Positions 16,975 to 23,562 of a stretch of 64,000 bases of DNA are shown here, in pieces. The notes under the pieces were generated by a model. That model did not search any database. It was not told where the DNA came from and was given only the letters and a program-made list of their open reading frames with translations. Source of the DNA: a virus. Within the stretch, counting starts at the first letter, position 1; every line of letters begins with the position of its first letter. The translations under genes were made by a program, and so were the position numbers. The stretch is taken from the IMG/VR virus record IMGVR_UViG_3300048017_000141. One strand, written 5' to 3'.

Positions 16975-17235
16975 TTATTTGTTAAATGTTTCGTTGTAAT
17001 ATTGCTCTGAATCTTTTTCAAATTCTACTTCTATTTGATTGGTAGGGAAAGAACTACCAATGTACTGACCTCTTTCCCAAGCATCCATAATCTGTTCCTT
17101 TTCTTTTTCAAGAAAATTATGTGTCCAGAAAAAATTAACATCAAAGTCACTTGGTGAGCATCCGTGTTCTTTTACATACCTATTGTACCATTCTAAAAAT
17201 TGTTCTCCTACTGTTTGGGTTATTGTATTCTCCAT
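16975..17235 (-). CDS. Hypothetical protein of the YYNxxFNK-tail paralogue family
   Basis: It ends in EQYYNETFNK. The start is placed at MENTIT (17235), directly after the junction motif; the track's N-terminal extension is rejected. Confidence 0.5.
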   Translation of the reverse strand: MENTITQTVGEQFLEWYNRYVKEHGCSPSDFDVNFFWTHNFLEKEKEQIMDAWERGQYIGSSFPTNQIEVEFEKDSEQYYNETFNK

Positions 17236-17236
17236 C

Positions 17237-17407
17237 TTATTTGTTTTTAGTGTTAATATTTTTCTGTAAAAATTCTGCTTGTTTGCAAAAACTGCACTGT
17301 TTCGAGCAAGGATTGTTATTATATTCCCCATCGTCTTGGTTGCAATAAAACGATTTGCTAACACTCGTTTTTCTCAATTTCTTATTTTCATTTATATCGT
17401 TTTTCAT
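17237..17407 (-). CDS. Small Cys-rich protein (56 aa, hand-translated), possible zinc ribbon
   Basis: It contains YCNQ..(12)..CSKQCSFC and is bounded by junction motifs on both sides. Confidence 0.4.
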   Translation of the reverse strand: MKNDINENKKLRKTSVSKSFYCNQDDGEYNNNPCSKQCSFCKQAEFLQKNINTKNK

Positions 17408-17410
17408 ATC

Positions 17411-17545
17411 TTATTTGTTAAATTTTTTGTTATAATAATCTTCTCCATTTTTTATTTGATATCCCGATTTTGCTTCATAAGCATCGATAATTTGTTGCTT
17501 TTCAATTTCTTTTGCTTCTTTATAGCTTAAAAATTCTTTTTCCAT
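17411..17545 (-). CDS. Small protein of the YYNxxFNK-tail family (44 aa)
   Basis: It starts at MEKEF, directly after the junction motif, and ends in EDYYNKKFNK. Confidence 0.45.
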   Translation of the reverse strand: MEKEFLSYKEAKEIEKQQIIDAYEAKSGYQIKNGEDYYNKKFNK

Positions 17546-17546
17546 C

Positions 17547-18245
17547 TTATTTGTTTTTAAATTTTTGGTTAAATATGTGAATTGCATACATTCTTGAAGC
17601 ATTATCAAAAATTAAATCACTTGCTTCTGCTCTAAATTTGTATCCATCAATAAAAGATTCCAATAAATCTTCCTTACTATAACCTTCTTGTTTATTTTCC
17701 ATTTCTTTAGCTTGTTGAATATATTCTCTCTTATCAATATCGTATAAGGCAGTTCTCGGTATCATTCTTTCTAATCTTTCGTATAACCATTCTACTGCTG
17801 ATTCTTGAGTATTTTCTTTCTTAGATTCTTTAATAACATTTCTAAAAGGTTTTTTACAATAAGGACACGTTGTTCCTAAATTAAACCCATTTGTATTTTC
17901 GCAACATTGTTGCTTATCTTCTTCTTTTGGAATGATTGTTTTGTAATAGGAAATACTGTCCCCAATTTTATTATAAACTTTTTCAGTTTGAATTTCAACC
18001 TCCTCGCAACTCGGATTCTTAACAAACCATTCTAAATAATAGTCATCAATAGCTTGCACACCATTTTTGATAAGTTCTGGATCTGTTGTTAAAATTACTT
18101 TTTTGCAATTTTTATAATCACCCTTTTCTTGTTCTCCATCCGCGGATTGTCTTACCTTGTTGTTATGGATATAGTAATCCCCCGCTTTAATCTCTTCTGA
18201 ATTAGTGATGTAGATGTTTTCTTGTAATACGTGTATGTTTTTCAT
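17547..18245 (-). CDS. Hypothetical two-domain protein with a zinc-ribbon-like CC...CPYC
   Basis: 232 aa. The C-terminal domain is paralogous to 15470..15673. It ends in FKNK. Confidence 0.6.
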   Translation of the reverse strand: MKNIHVLQENIYITNSEEIKAGDYYIHNNKVRQSADGEQEKGDYKNCKKVILTTDPELIKNGVQAIDDYYLEWFVKNPSCEEVEIQTEKVYNKIGDSISYYKTIIPKEEDKQQCCENTNGFNLGTTCPYCKKPFRNVIKESKKENTQESAVEWLYERLERMIPRTALYDIDKREYIQQAKEMENKQEGYSKEDLLESFIDGYKFRAEASDLIFDNASRMYAIHIFNQKFKNK

Positions 18246-18248
18246 ATC

Positions 18249-18344
18249 TTATTTGTTTTTAAATTGTTCAAATATATCTATAACAGCAGATACAAGCTTT
18301 ACAAAACCATATCCTATTATAAATCCTATAGCAAAGTCTTTCAT
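18249..18344 (-). CDS. Possible 31-aa hydrophobic peptide ending in QFKNK
   Basis: Hand-translated as MKDFAIGFIIGYGFVKLVSAVIDIFEQFKNK. It is bounded by adjacent gene stop and start codons. Confidence 0.3.
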   Translation of the reverse strand: MKDFAIGFIIGYGFVKLVSAVIDIFEQFKNK

Positions 18345-18345
18345 A

Positions 18346-18786
18346 TTATTTATCTTTTAAATGCGCTTTACCAATTTCATAATATTTTTTGTAACCATCA
18401 ACAGCGTCAGCCATTTTGTATTCGTCAGGCATACATTGCGGTGGATCGCAAAAATCTTCAGCGTGTATAGCATGAGGTACTTTAGACAGAATATCACGAC
18501 ACTTAGCAATTGTTAAATGGTGCTTGCTATAACGTCTTGTATATTCAGCGCCTAAAGCTAGCATATATTCATAACACCATAAATAGTTAGCTCTTGATGA
18601 TCTTACCCATACAGCCGATGGATGGTTCATATGTGTTTTCTTGTAAGGCACATCATCAGGGTTGCCGGATAAATGATGTGCTGTGCAAAGCAATTGAGCA
18701 GCCTCTAATACCATTTTTACTACGTGTTTATTGTAGTGTTGTTGTGCGGCTTTTGTTGGATTGCGATCTAAATAAAATATGTTCAT
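18346..18786 (-). CDS. Conserved hypothetical protein (MNIFYLD...HVVKM...AQLL family)
   Basis: 146 aa. I recognise the N-terminal motif as recurrent in phages and large viruses but cannot name a function. Confidence 0.6.
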   Translation of the reverse strand: MNIFYLDRNPTKAAQQHYNKHVVKMVLEAAQLLCTAHHLSGNPDDVPYKKTHMNHPSAVWVRSSRANYLWCYEYMLALGAEYTRRYSKHHLTIAKCRDILSKVPHAIHAEDFCDPPQCMPDEYKMADAVDGYKKYYEIGKAHLKDK

Positions 18787-18801
18787 AGTTAATTTGTTTT
18801 A

Positions 18802-18846
18802 GTTACATTAATATTATCATTTGTTATTCGTGTTTAGACTGTAAGG
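18802..18846 (-). promoter_or_regulatory. Early-gene conserved element, copy 1
   Basis: Gene-sense consensus is TACAG-N7-ACG-N9-TGATAATAWWAWTGTAAC. The core ends 15 nt upstream of the ATG at 18786. Confidence 0.6.
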
Positions 18847-18921
18847 CTTGACTATCTCACACTTAGCTTATATCCAGATACTACCGGGAAATGCCCAGAA
18901 GCGATAAGCACCTTTAATTTG

Positions 18922-18995
18922 TGTCCGCAGCAGGGTTTGAACCTGCGACCTATTGATTATGAGTCAATTGCTCTGACCAGCTGAGCTATGCGGAC
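18922..18995 (-). tRNA. tRNA with anticodon CAT (Met, or Ile2 if lysidine-modified)
   Basis: Hand-folded 74-nt cloverleaf. Acceptor is GTCCGCA/TGCGGAC, D arm GCTC/GAGC and anticodon arm ATTGA-CTCATAA-TCAAT. T arm is GCAGG-TTCAAAC-CCTGC and the discriminator is A. No CCA is encoded. Confidence 0.9.
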
Positions 18996-19161
18996 TAAAA
19001 TGTGTGTTTTTAAATATCCCTAGAACACACAAACTATGCCGACCAACGATTCGGGGTAGCGTCCACGCCAATGTGAATGTACCCAAAGGTATTTTTCATT
19101 TAAACCCACATCTGTAATCTCCATCTTCGATCCATACCCAGCGCTAGGCAGAGGGCTATTG

Positions 19162-19319
19162 TAGTCAGGACAGGATTCGAACCTGTATTTCACGTCTGAA
19201 TTATTACATATTACTTCTTGAGTTCCACTCTCTGTATTGCTTTTGGGTGCTTCCCACGCCTTATACACACATTTATTTTTCATAACACATAATAGCGTTT
19301 ACAATTTCGCCACCTGACT
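19162..19319 (-). tRNA. Class-II (Leu/Ser/Tyr-type) tRNA-like gene interrupted by about 77 nt at the anticodon loop
   Basis: The 7/7 acceptor stem is AGTCAGG (19319-19313) with CCTGACT (19169-19163). The D arm TGGCGAAATTGTAAACGC is Leu-like. ATTAT (19293-19289) pairs with ATAAT (19204-19200). There is a long variable arm (TTCA-GACG-TGAA) and a canonical T arm ACAGG-TTCGAAT-CCTGT. 84 nt sit where a 7-nt loop is expected. Confidence 0.45.
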
Positions 19320-19603
19320 TTATTTAGCACCCTCTTTCTTATTTAATAAGAGTAGGGTCACGTAAGATTAAGTCTTTAATATTTTAGGTGTTATTTTCTG
19401 ACCATCATTACTTGCTGAGAACTCATTTGTGTTGATGATAGACTATTTAAACTATCAAATTTACCCCATTCCTTTCTCAAGGGAACAACACATCTACCAT
19501 TACTGATAGTATCTTTATGTAAATTGTAGTTCTGACTTTCACAAGATTTTACAGACTTTCTACTATTACAATTTACAAAGGTATTCAATGTTTAACCTAT
19601 TTG

Positions 19604-19660
19604 GAACTAGAGAGGGTTCGAACCCTCTTAACCCGTCGGCCGCTTGCCCAGCGCTAGTTC
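19604..19660 (-). other. 57-nt multi-hairpin element (tRNA-minihelix-like, not a canonical tRNA)
   Basis: The outer stem GAACTAG/CTAGTTC encloses a CGCT-GGGCA-AGCG hairpin (minus sense) and the perfect 18-nt palindrome AGAGGGTTCGAACCCTCT (19611-19628). Confidence 0.25.
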
Positions 19661-19798
19661 TTAGTTAATCCTAGGGCCGGTTATTTTCTTTATCCTAGCT
19701 TCAGTTACAACCACAGCGCTACTGTTGGTATCACTTCACGTAACTCCAGCTGATTAACATTAACACGATTGAACGCTGCTCGAGCACTACATGCGGAA

Positions 19799-20173
19799 TC
19801 AAACGTGTATAGCAATACCTGTTTCACAATCATAGATTGCTAATTGTTTATTTGTTTTAGCTAATTTCAAAGCTCTTGTTTTGTTTAATTCACGTACAGA
19901 TACATCTAAGTAGATATTGTCGCCGTCAATCCATGCACCAAGATAATAAACATCTAAACATAATTTATCAATGTTTTCAATTAAAAAGTAATTCAATACA
20001 GTTTTATCAAATTTACTAAGCAATGATCTTGATTCGCAACCTTTAATTGATACCATAAAACCAGTTGTTGGATTAAAATCACCAGTAACAAAGTTATATG
20101 AACCGCCATTATTTTCTAGTATGCTTTCGTAAAATTTATTTATACTCATATTGTTAGTCTTTATTAGGTTCAA
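19799..20173 (-). CDS. Hypothetical protein
   Basis: 124-aa ORF. Confidence 0.55.
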   Translation of the reverse strand: MNLIKTNNMSINKFYESILENNGGSYNFVTGDFNPTTGFMVSIKGCESRSLLSKFDKTVLNYFLIENIDKLCLDVYYLGAWIDGDNIYLDVSVRELNKTRALKLAKTNKQLAIYDCETGIAIHV

Positions 20174-20525
20174 AATAGTTTTCTACATCTGTGACAAAGT
20201 GTCGTATAAATTCATCTTCATCGAATGTTGTATTCATTTCAAGTGAATAGCTATCGCCGTATGATCCATGTAGCTCAGGCTCACAACTTACATAGTCTAG
20301 GAAAGGAACTTCATCTAATAAATCTTTAATTGCCCTTACAATTTTATCCGCAGGATATTCTATTGTAGTTTGTTCTTCAGCAATAGCGCTTAACGATTCA
20401 GTTCTTAACGATGCTAATAGCGCTAATACGTCATCTTTAGTAAACACACTTGAATAATTATTACACACTGTGTCTACTCTTGCATCAAATAATTCGTTTA
20501 TTTTTTTCATGTTGTTTATATCCAT
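20154..20525 (-). CDS. Acidic hypothetical protein
   Basis: 123-aa ORF preceded by element copy 2. Confidence 0.55.
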   Translation of the reverse strand: MDINNMKKINELFDARVDTVCNNYSSVFTKDDVLALLASLRTESLSAIAEEQTTIEYPADKIVRAIKDLLDEVPFLDYVSCEPELHGSYGDSYSLEMNTTFDEDEFIRHFVTDVENYFEPNKD

Positions 20526-20528
20526 TTG

Positions 20529-20574
20529 GTTACATTTATATTATCATTTTGTTATCGTGTTTAGACTGTATAAG
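20529..20574 (-). promoter_or_regulatory. Early-gene conserved element, copy 2
   Basis: The core is 3 nt from the ATG at 20525. Its distal part overlaps the last codons (TYTV-stop) of the upstream gene. Confidence 0.6.
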
Positions 20575-20827
20575 TCAAACCGTATGCTTTAACACTCATT
20601 AATCTATCGATGTTTATTGTACGGTAAGCTCGATCCCCAACTGAGTATACAACAATATTGTTTACTGAAGAAGCGTCGTATAGCATACCTCGCCCACTTA
20701 ATCCGATCCTAGCGCCTAGTCTAGCAACCATTTTTCTTTTACTACCATCTTTTTTTATAAATGTTACGCTAAAGAATTTACCTTCGCTTTTAACAAATTG
20801 TTTGAAATCTTCTACTGTTTTTATCAT
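20561..20827 (-). CDS. Hypothetical protein (small beta-rich, DUF2693-like from memory)
   Basis: 88-aa ORF. Confidence 0.55.
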   Translation of the reverse strand: MIKTVEDFKQFVKSEGKFFSVTFIKKDGSKRKMVARLGARIGLSGRGMLYDASSVNNIVVYSVGDRAYRTINIDRLMSVKAYGLTYTV

Positions 20828-20837
20828 ATTATTATTT

Positions 20838-21041
20838 TTATATATCTTTTTCTATTAATTCTGCAATGTATTCCCATAACTTTAATTCACGCTTAGATGT
20901 CTTTATCATGCTCTCTAAGTGCTCGTCTTCTACTAAACTTTGTCCTAGTCTAAGATCAGTTTGTAAATCCCGTACTTCTATATTTAAGCTGTTTATTTTT
21001 GAAAATGCTTTGTCTCTTGCTCTGTTTTTAATATCTATCAT
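20838..21041 (-). CDS. Hypothetical coiled-coil protein
   Basis: 67-aa ORF. Confidence 0.5.
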   Translation of the reverse strand: MIDIKNRARDKAFSKINSLNIEVRDLQTDLRLGQSLVEDEHLESMIKTSKRELKLWEYIAELIEKDI

Positions 21042-21044
21042 CCC

Positions 21045-21212
21045 TTATGTTATCAATTTAAGTTCGTGTTTTTGTTGTAATTGTATTGCATTGTCATATA
21101 CTATTTGATAAGCGTCACTCATTTTACTAGAGTTAGCATAGTGTACATTTTTTATATTTCTTAACCAAGTGTCAAATCGATCAACTTCTTGCATTGCTTT
21201 ATCTTTACTCAT
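21045..21212 (-). CDS. Small hypothetical protein (55 aa, hand-translated)
   Basis: It fills the gap, with a stop 3 nt before the next start. Confidence 0.4.
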   Translation of the reverse strand: MSKDKAMQEVDRFDTWLRNIKNVHYANSSKMSDAYQIVYDNAIQLQQKHELKLIT

Positions 21213-21213
21213 A

Positions 21214-21429
21214 TTACTGTAATGTTATATTGTTATGATTCCATAAATTCCTAAACGCATGGGTTTTACCTTTGCGAAAAACGCTTTTTTGTTTTACCTG
21301 AACTTTGTTGTATTCAGACTGAGTGAATGGTGTACAAGAACCGTGTATAGCAATCAAGGTTGCTCGGTGGTGTTGATTACGTAACTTACGCAATTCAATT
21401 CTTTCGTTTATTATCTCTGTTGCCGTCAT
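21214..21429 (-). CDS. Hypothetical basic protein
   Basis: 71-aa ORF. Confidence 0.5.
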   Translation of the reverse strand: MTATEIINERIELRKLRNQHHRATLIAIHGSCTPFTQSEYNKVQVKQKSVFRKGKTHAFRNLWNHNNITLQ

Positions 21430-21608
21430 TATTTATTTAGTATATAAGTTAAACCTTTAAAGTTAATGAAGGATGAGATGCCATCAGTCTCGTCTTCGGT
21501 ATTGTAGATACATCCAAAGTTATTAGGTAGGAAGCTTACCATATATCCACGATATAATCTACCGTCGATCATTGCAAAATTGTTTTTTAGGAATTTAATT
21601 TTTTTCAT
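21429..21608 (-). CDS. Small hypothetical protein (59 aa, hand-translated)
   Basis: TAATG stop/start overlap with the next gene. Element copy 3 lies upstream. Confidence 0.45.
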   Translation of the reverse strand: MKKIKFLKNNFAMIDGRLYRGYMVSFLPNNFGCIYNTEDETDGISSFINFKGLTYILNK

Positions 21609-21625
21609 AGTTATATATTTAATTA

Positions 21626-21670
21626 GTTACATTATTATTATCAATTGTTAATCGTATTGTTATTGTAAAT
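21626..21670 (-). promoter_or_regulatory. Early-gene conserved element, copy 3
   Basis: The core ends 17 nt upstream of the ATG at 21608. Confidence 0.6.
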
Positions 21671-21769
21671 GATGCACCGCTTTGAATGCGTATTTAGCAT
21701 TGTATAAGAATTCTTTCTTAAGTGTTAACAGTACTTGTCTTACAAATCTTCTTTCTTTTTTCATTGTGT

Positions 21770-22123
21770 TTAGTTTTTAATTGAGTACTCTAGAATTGTT
21801 TTTCTTGATAGGTAGATCTTACCGTTTTCAGTTGCTTCGTATGGTCTGCCGTGATCATCAACCAACGTACTATCCGTTACGCCGTGGAATTTATCGGATA
21901 ATATATCAAGGTTAGTTTGTAGCGACTCAATATAGTTTTTACTAATGGCATTCCAGTAATCCCAACCTTCAGAGGAGTACCTCCAGCTAAACATACTCTC
22001 TAAGAATAGACTGTCTTTGTTGATTAAGAATGCAAGGTATGCAGAGTCATTTAATCGTAGCGTGTTATCGATCGCTTCACGTTGTTGTGTAGAAGTTAGA
22101 AATTTAAAAGGTACATATTTCAT
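21770..22123 (-). CDS. Hypothetical protein
   Basis: 117-aa ORF. Confidence 0.55.
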   Translation of the reverse strand: MKYVPFKFLTSTQQREAIDNTLRLNDSAYLAFLINKDSLFLESMFSWRYSSEGWDYWNAISKNYIESLQTNLDILSDKFHGVTDSTLVDDHGRPYEATENGKIYLSRKTILEYSIKN

Positions 22124-22137
22124 AGTTATATATTTTA

Positions 22138-22180
22138 GTTACATTATTATTATCGTTTTTTATTCGTGTTAAGATTGTAG
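22138..22180 (-). promoter_or_regulatory. Early-gene conserved element, copy 4
   Basis: The core ends 14 nt upstream of the ATG at 22123. Confidence 0.6.
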
Positions 22181-22192
22181 AACTTCTTTATT

Positions 22193-22483
22193 CTATTTCT
22201 CTTCAAGTGCCAACCAAGCTAATAACTCTTTAATATTATCAAACTCGTATGCTTTGACATGAGGTCCTTGCCCAGTAGCTCTGAAGACATAGTCTTTTAT
22301 TGTAGTGGATGACCAACAATCGAGTAAGTTTGAATAACCGCAATTGCTTAAGCTTACAAATTTATCTTTTTCTTTTTCAATAACTATAGCTTTATGGTTG
22401 CATCCCCAATCAATACCAACAAACGATTTGTTAGTTATATTTTTGAATTCTACTGTACTTACCGCGTTTACTATTTGTTTCAT
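22193..22483 (-). CDS. Hypothetical protein
   Basis: 96-aa ORF. Confidence 0.55.
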   Translation of the reverse strand: MKQIVNAVSTVEFKNITNKSFVGIDWGCNHKAIVIEKEKDKFVSLSNCGYSNLLDCWSSTTIKDYVFRATGQGPHVKAYEFDNIKELLAWLALEEK

Positions 22484-22487
22484 ATCT

Positions 22488-22688
22488 TTATTTTTGTGGT
22501 TTTTCTAAATTATACTTTATCTCCGCTTGAACATCTTCAATTGCTCTAATTATATGGGCACATTGCCGTGTCATATGGTAATCTTTCAATCTCACCGCAT
22601 CACTTAAGATGTCCACTTGCTCTTCGTATAAATGATCTAATGCCACTTGAATTACATTTGCTTCTCTTTTGTTTATTTGTATCTTCAT
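22488..22688 (-). CDS. Hypothetical protein
   Basis: 66-aa ORF. Confidence 0.5.
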   Translation of the reverse strand: MKIQINKREANVIQVALDHLYEEQVDILSDAVRLKDYHMTRQCAHIIRAIEDVQAEIKYNLEKPQK

Positions 22689-22693
22689 GATTA

Positions 22694-22813
22694 TTATTTG
22701 TTAGTTACACTATTATTATCAATTATCTCGTCATTTTCACGAACAATTAGTATGTATCGATCGTCCCCAGAACACCACACTATCCCTCTACTTTCTACTA
22801 CCGTATATTTCAT
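22694..22813 (-). CDS. Possible 39-aa protein (MKYTVVESRG...)
   Basis: Hand-translated. Its 3' third is encoded by element copy 5. Confidence 0.3.
   Translation of the reverse strand: MKYTVVESRGIVWCSGDDRYILIVRENDEIIDNNSVTNK
22704..22745 (-). promoter_or_regulatory. Early-gene conserved element, copy 5
   Basis: The core ends 15 nt upstream of the ATG at 22688. Confidence 0.55.
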
Positions 22814-22829
22814 ATATTTACTTGTTATT

Positions 22830-22872
22830 GTTACACTTATATTATCATTTCACTATCGTATTATTATTGCAT
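22830..22872 (-). promoter_or_regulatory. Early-gene conserved element, copy 6
   Basis: The core ends 16 nt upstream of the ATG at 22813. Confidence 0.55.
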
Positions 22873-22934
22873 GAAGGTCATACTTCATTTGCTCAATTTA
22901 AAGTAGTCACTGATATAACCACCTATTTCTCAAC

Positions 22935-22985
22935 GTTTTACTCAATTTTCATCATTTTACTTACGATTTGTAGTTAGACTTGTAA
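22935..22985 (-). pseudogene. Decayed copy of the early element plus a remnant MKYD... start
   Basis: The gene-sense sequence TTACAAGTCTAACTACAAATCGTAAGTAAAATGATGAAAATTGAGTAAAAC aligns with the consensus. The downstream ATGAAGTATGAC... ORF is only 11 codons, whereas MKYT... follows copy 6. Confidence 0.35.
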
Positions 22986-23007
22986 TTTCACTTATAATTT
23001 GTTATTT

Positions 23008-23056
23008 GTTACATATATATTATCAAAAGGATCTCGTGTTATTACTGTATGCTATA
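23008..23056 (-). promoter_or_regulatory. Early-gene conserved element, copy 7
   Basis: Good match to the consensus. No intact ORF follows directly downstream. Confidence 0.5.
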
Positions 23057-23114
23057 CACGAAACCAATACGGTTCGGTGAAAAACACCTTGGCGACCCCT
23101 TTTTCGTATAAAAG

Positions 23115-23158
23115 TGCGACGTTAGGGTCTTAATTATATATAGTAGGCTAATGTCACA
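23115..23158. repeat. Conserved ~45-nt box, copy A (TGCGACG-TAG...GGCTAATGTCACA)
   Basis: It aligns with copy B at 25197..25241. Shared segments are TGCGACG, TAG, an AT-rich TATA-like centre and GGCTAATGTCACA. Confidence 0.7.
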
Positions 23159-23255
23159 CTTTTTTGTAGGACGGAGTCTACTCTTCCGACGCTATTTCAA
23201 AGTCAGGCCCTCTGTCTACCGTTGCTATACACCCGTGGTAGAGTGTATAACTAGG

Positions 23256-23492
23256 TTACTTTTTAACTATTTTCTCAACTGTTACTACATATGTGGTATC
23301 ATTAGATGTTGTTGTGTATATGTTAACTGATTGATGTAATTCTTCATCTTCAATGCAGTCATCCCCGATTAATTCGTACGTTGGTTGATCATTTCTACCG
23401 ATATTGTACCCTGCGATCAGCATAACCGCTACGGCTACTGATATTAATCCTACTAAGGAGATCGCTTCTAGTGTTTCTGTTTTAATTTTCAT
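23256..23492 (-). CDS. Small membrane-anchored protein
   Basis: 78 aa with the hydrophobic segment AISLVGLISVAVAVMLIAGY. Confidence 0.5.
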   Translation of the reverse strand: MKIKTETLEAISLVGLISVAVAVMLIAGYNIGRNDQPTYELIGDDCIEDEELHQSVNIYTTTSNDTTYVVTVEKIVKK

Positions 23493-23506
23493 GGTGATTT
23501 GTTTTA

Positions 23507-23556
23507 GTTACATTTATATTATCATTAGATCGTCGTATTCACTCTGTATGTATAGC
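23507..23556 (-). promoter_or_regulatory. Early-gene conserved element, copy 8
   Basis: The core ends 14 nt upstream of the ATG at 23492. Confidence 0.6.
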
Positions 23557-23562
23557 AACGGC

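Noticed and set aside
16975-17608. N-terminal extensions of track ORFs 16975..17364 and 17411..17608
   Set aside because: The extensions overlap neighbouring small genes. The internal Mets at 17235 and 17545 sit exactly after the conserved junction motif AAACAAATAAGATG.
19020-19283. 87-aa minus-strand ORF in the RNA island
   Set aside because: Its ATG lies inside the insert of the tRNA-like gene, and it reads straight through a canonical T arm and acceptor strand. It has no recognisable motif and none of the tight gene-junction features seen elsewhere. I treat it as non-coding, although an insert-encoded peptide cannot be excluded.
19391-19588. 65-aa minus-strand ORF
   Set aside because: The start codon is TTG, not ATG. 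It has no upstream conserved element or junction motif and lies in a region dominated by hairpins.
19604-19660. Possible third tRNA, or an attP core derived from a host tRNA 3' end
   Set aside because: The TTCGAA loop belongs to a perfect even palindrome, so the loop is 4-6 nt rather than the 7-nt T loop. There is no anticodon arm and the element is only 57 nt. No integrase or other lysogeny gene is visible in the window. I keep it only as an unexplained structured element.
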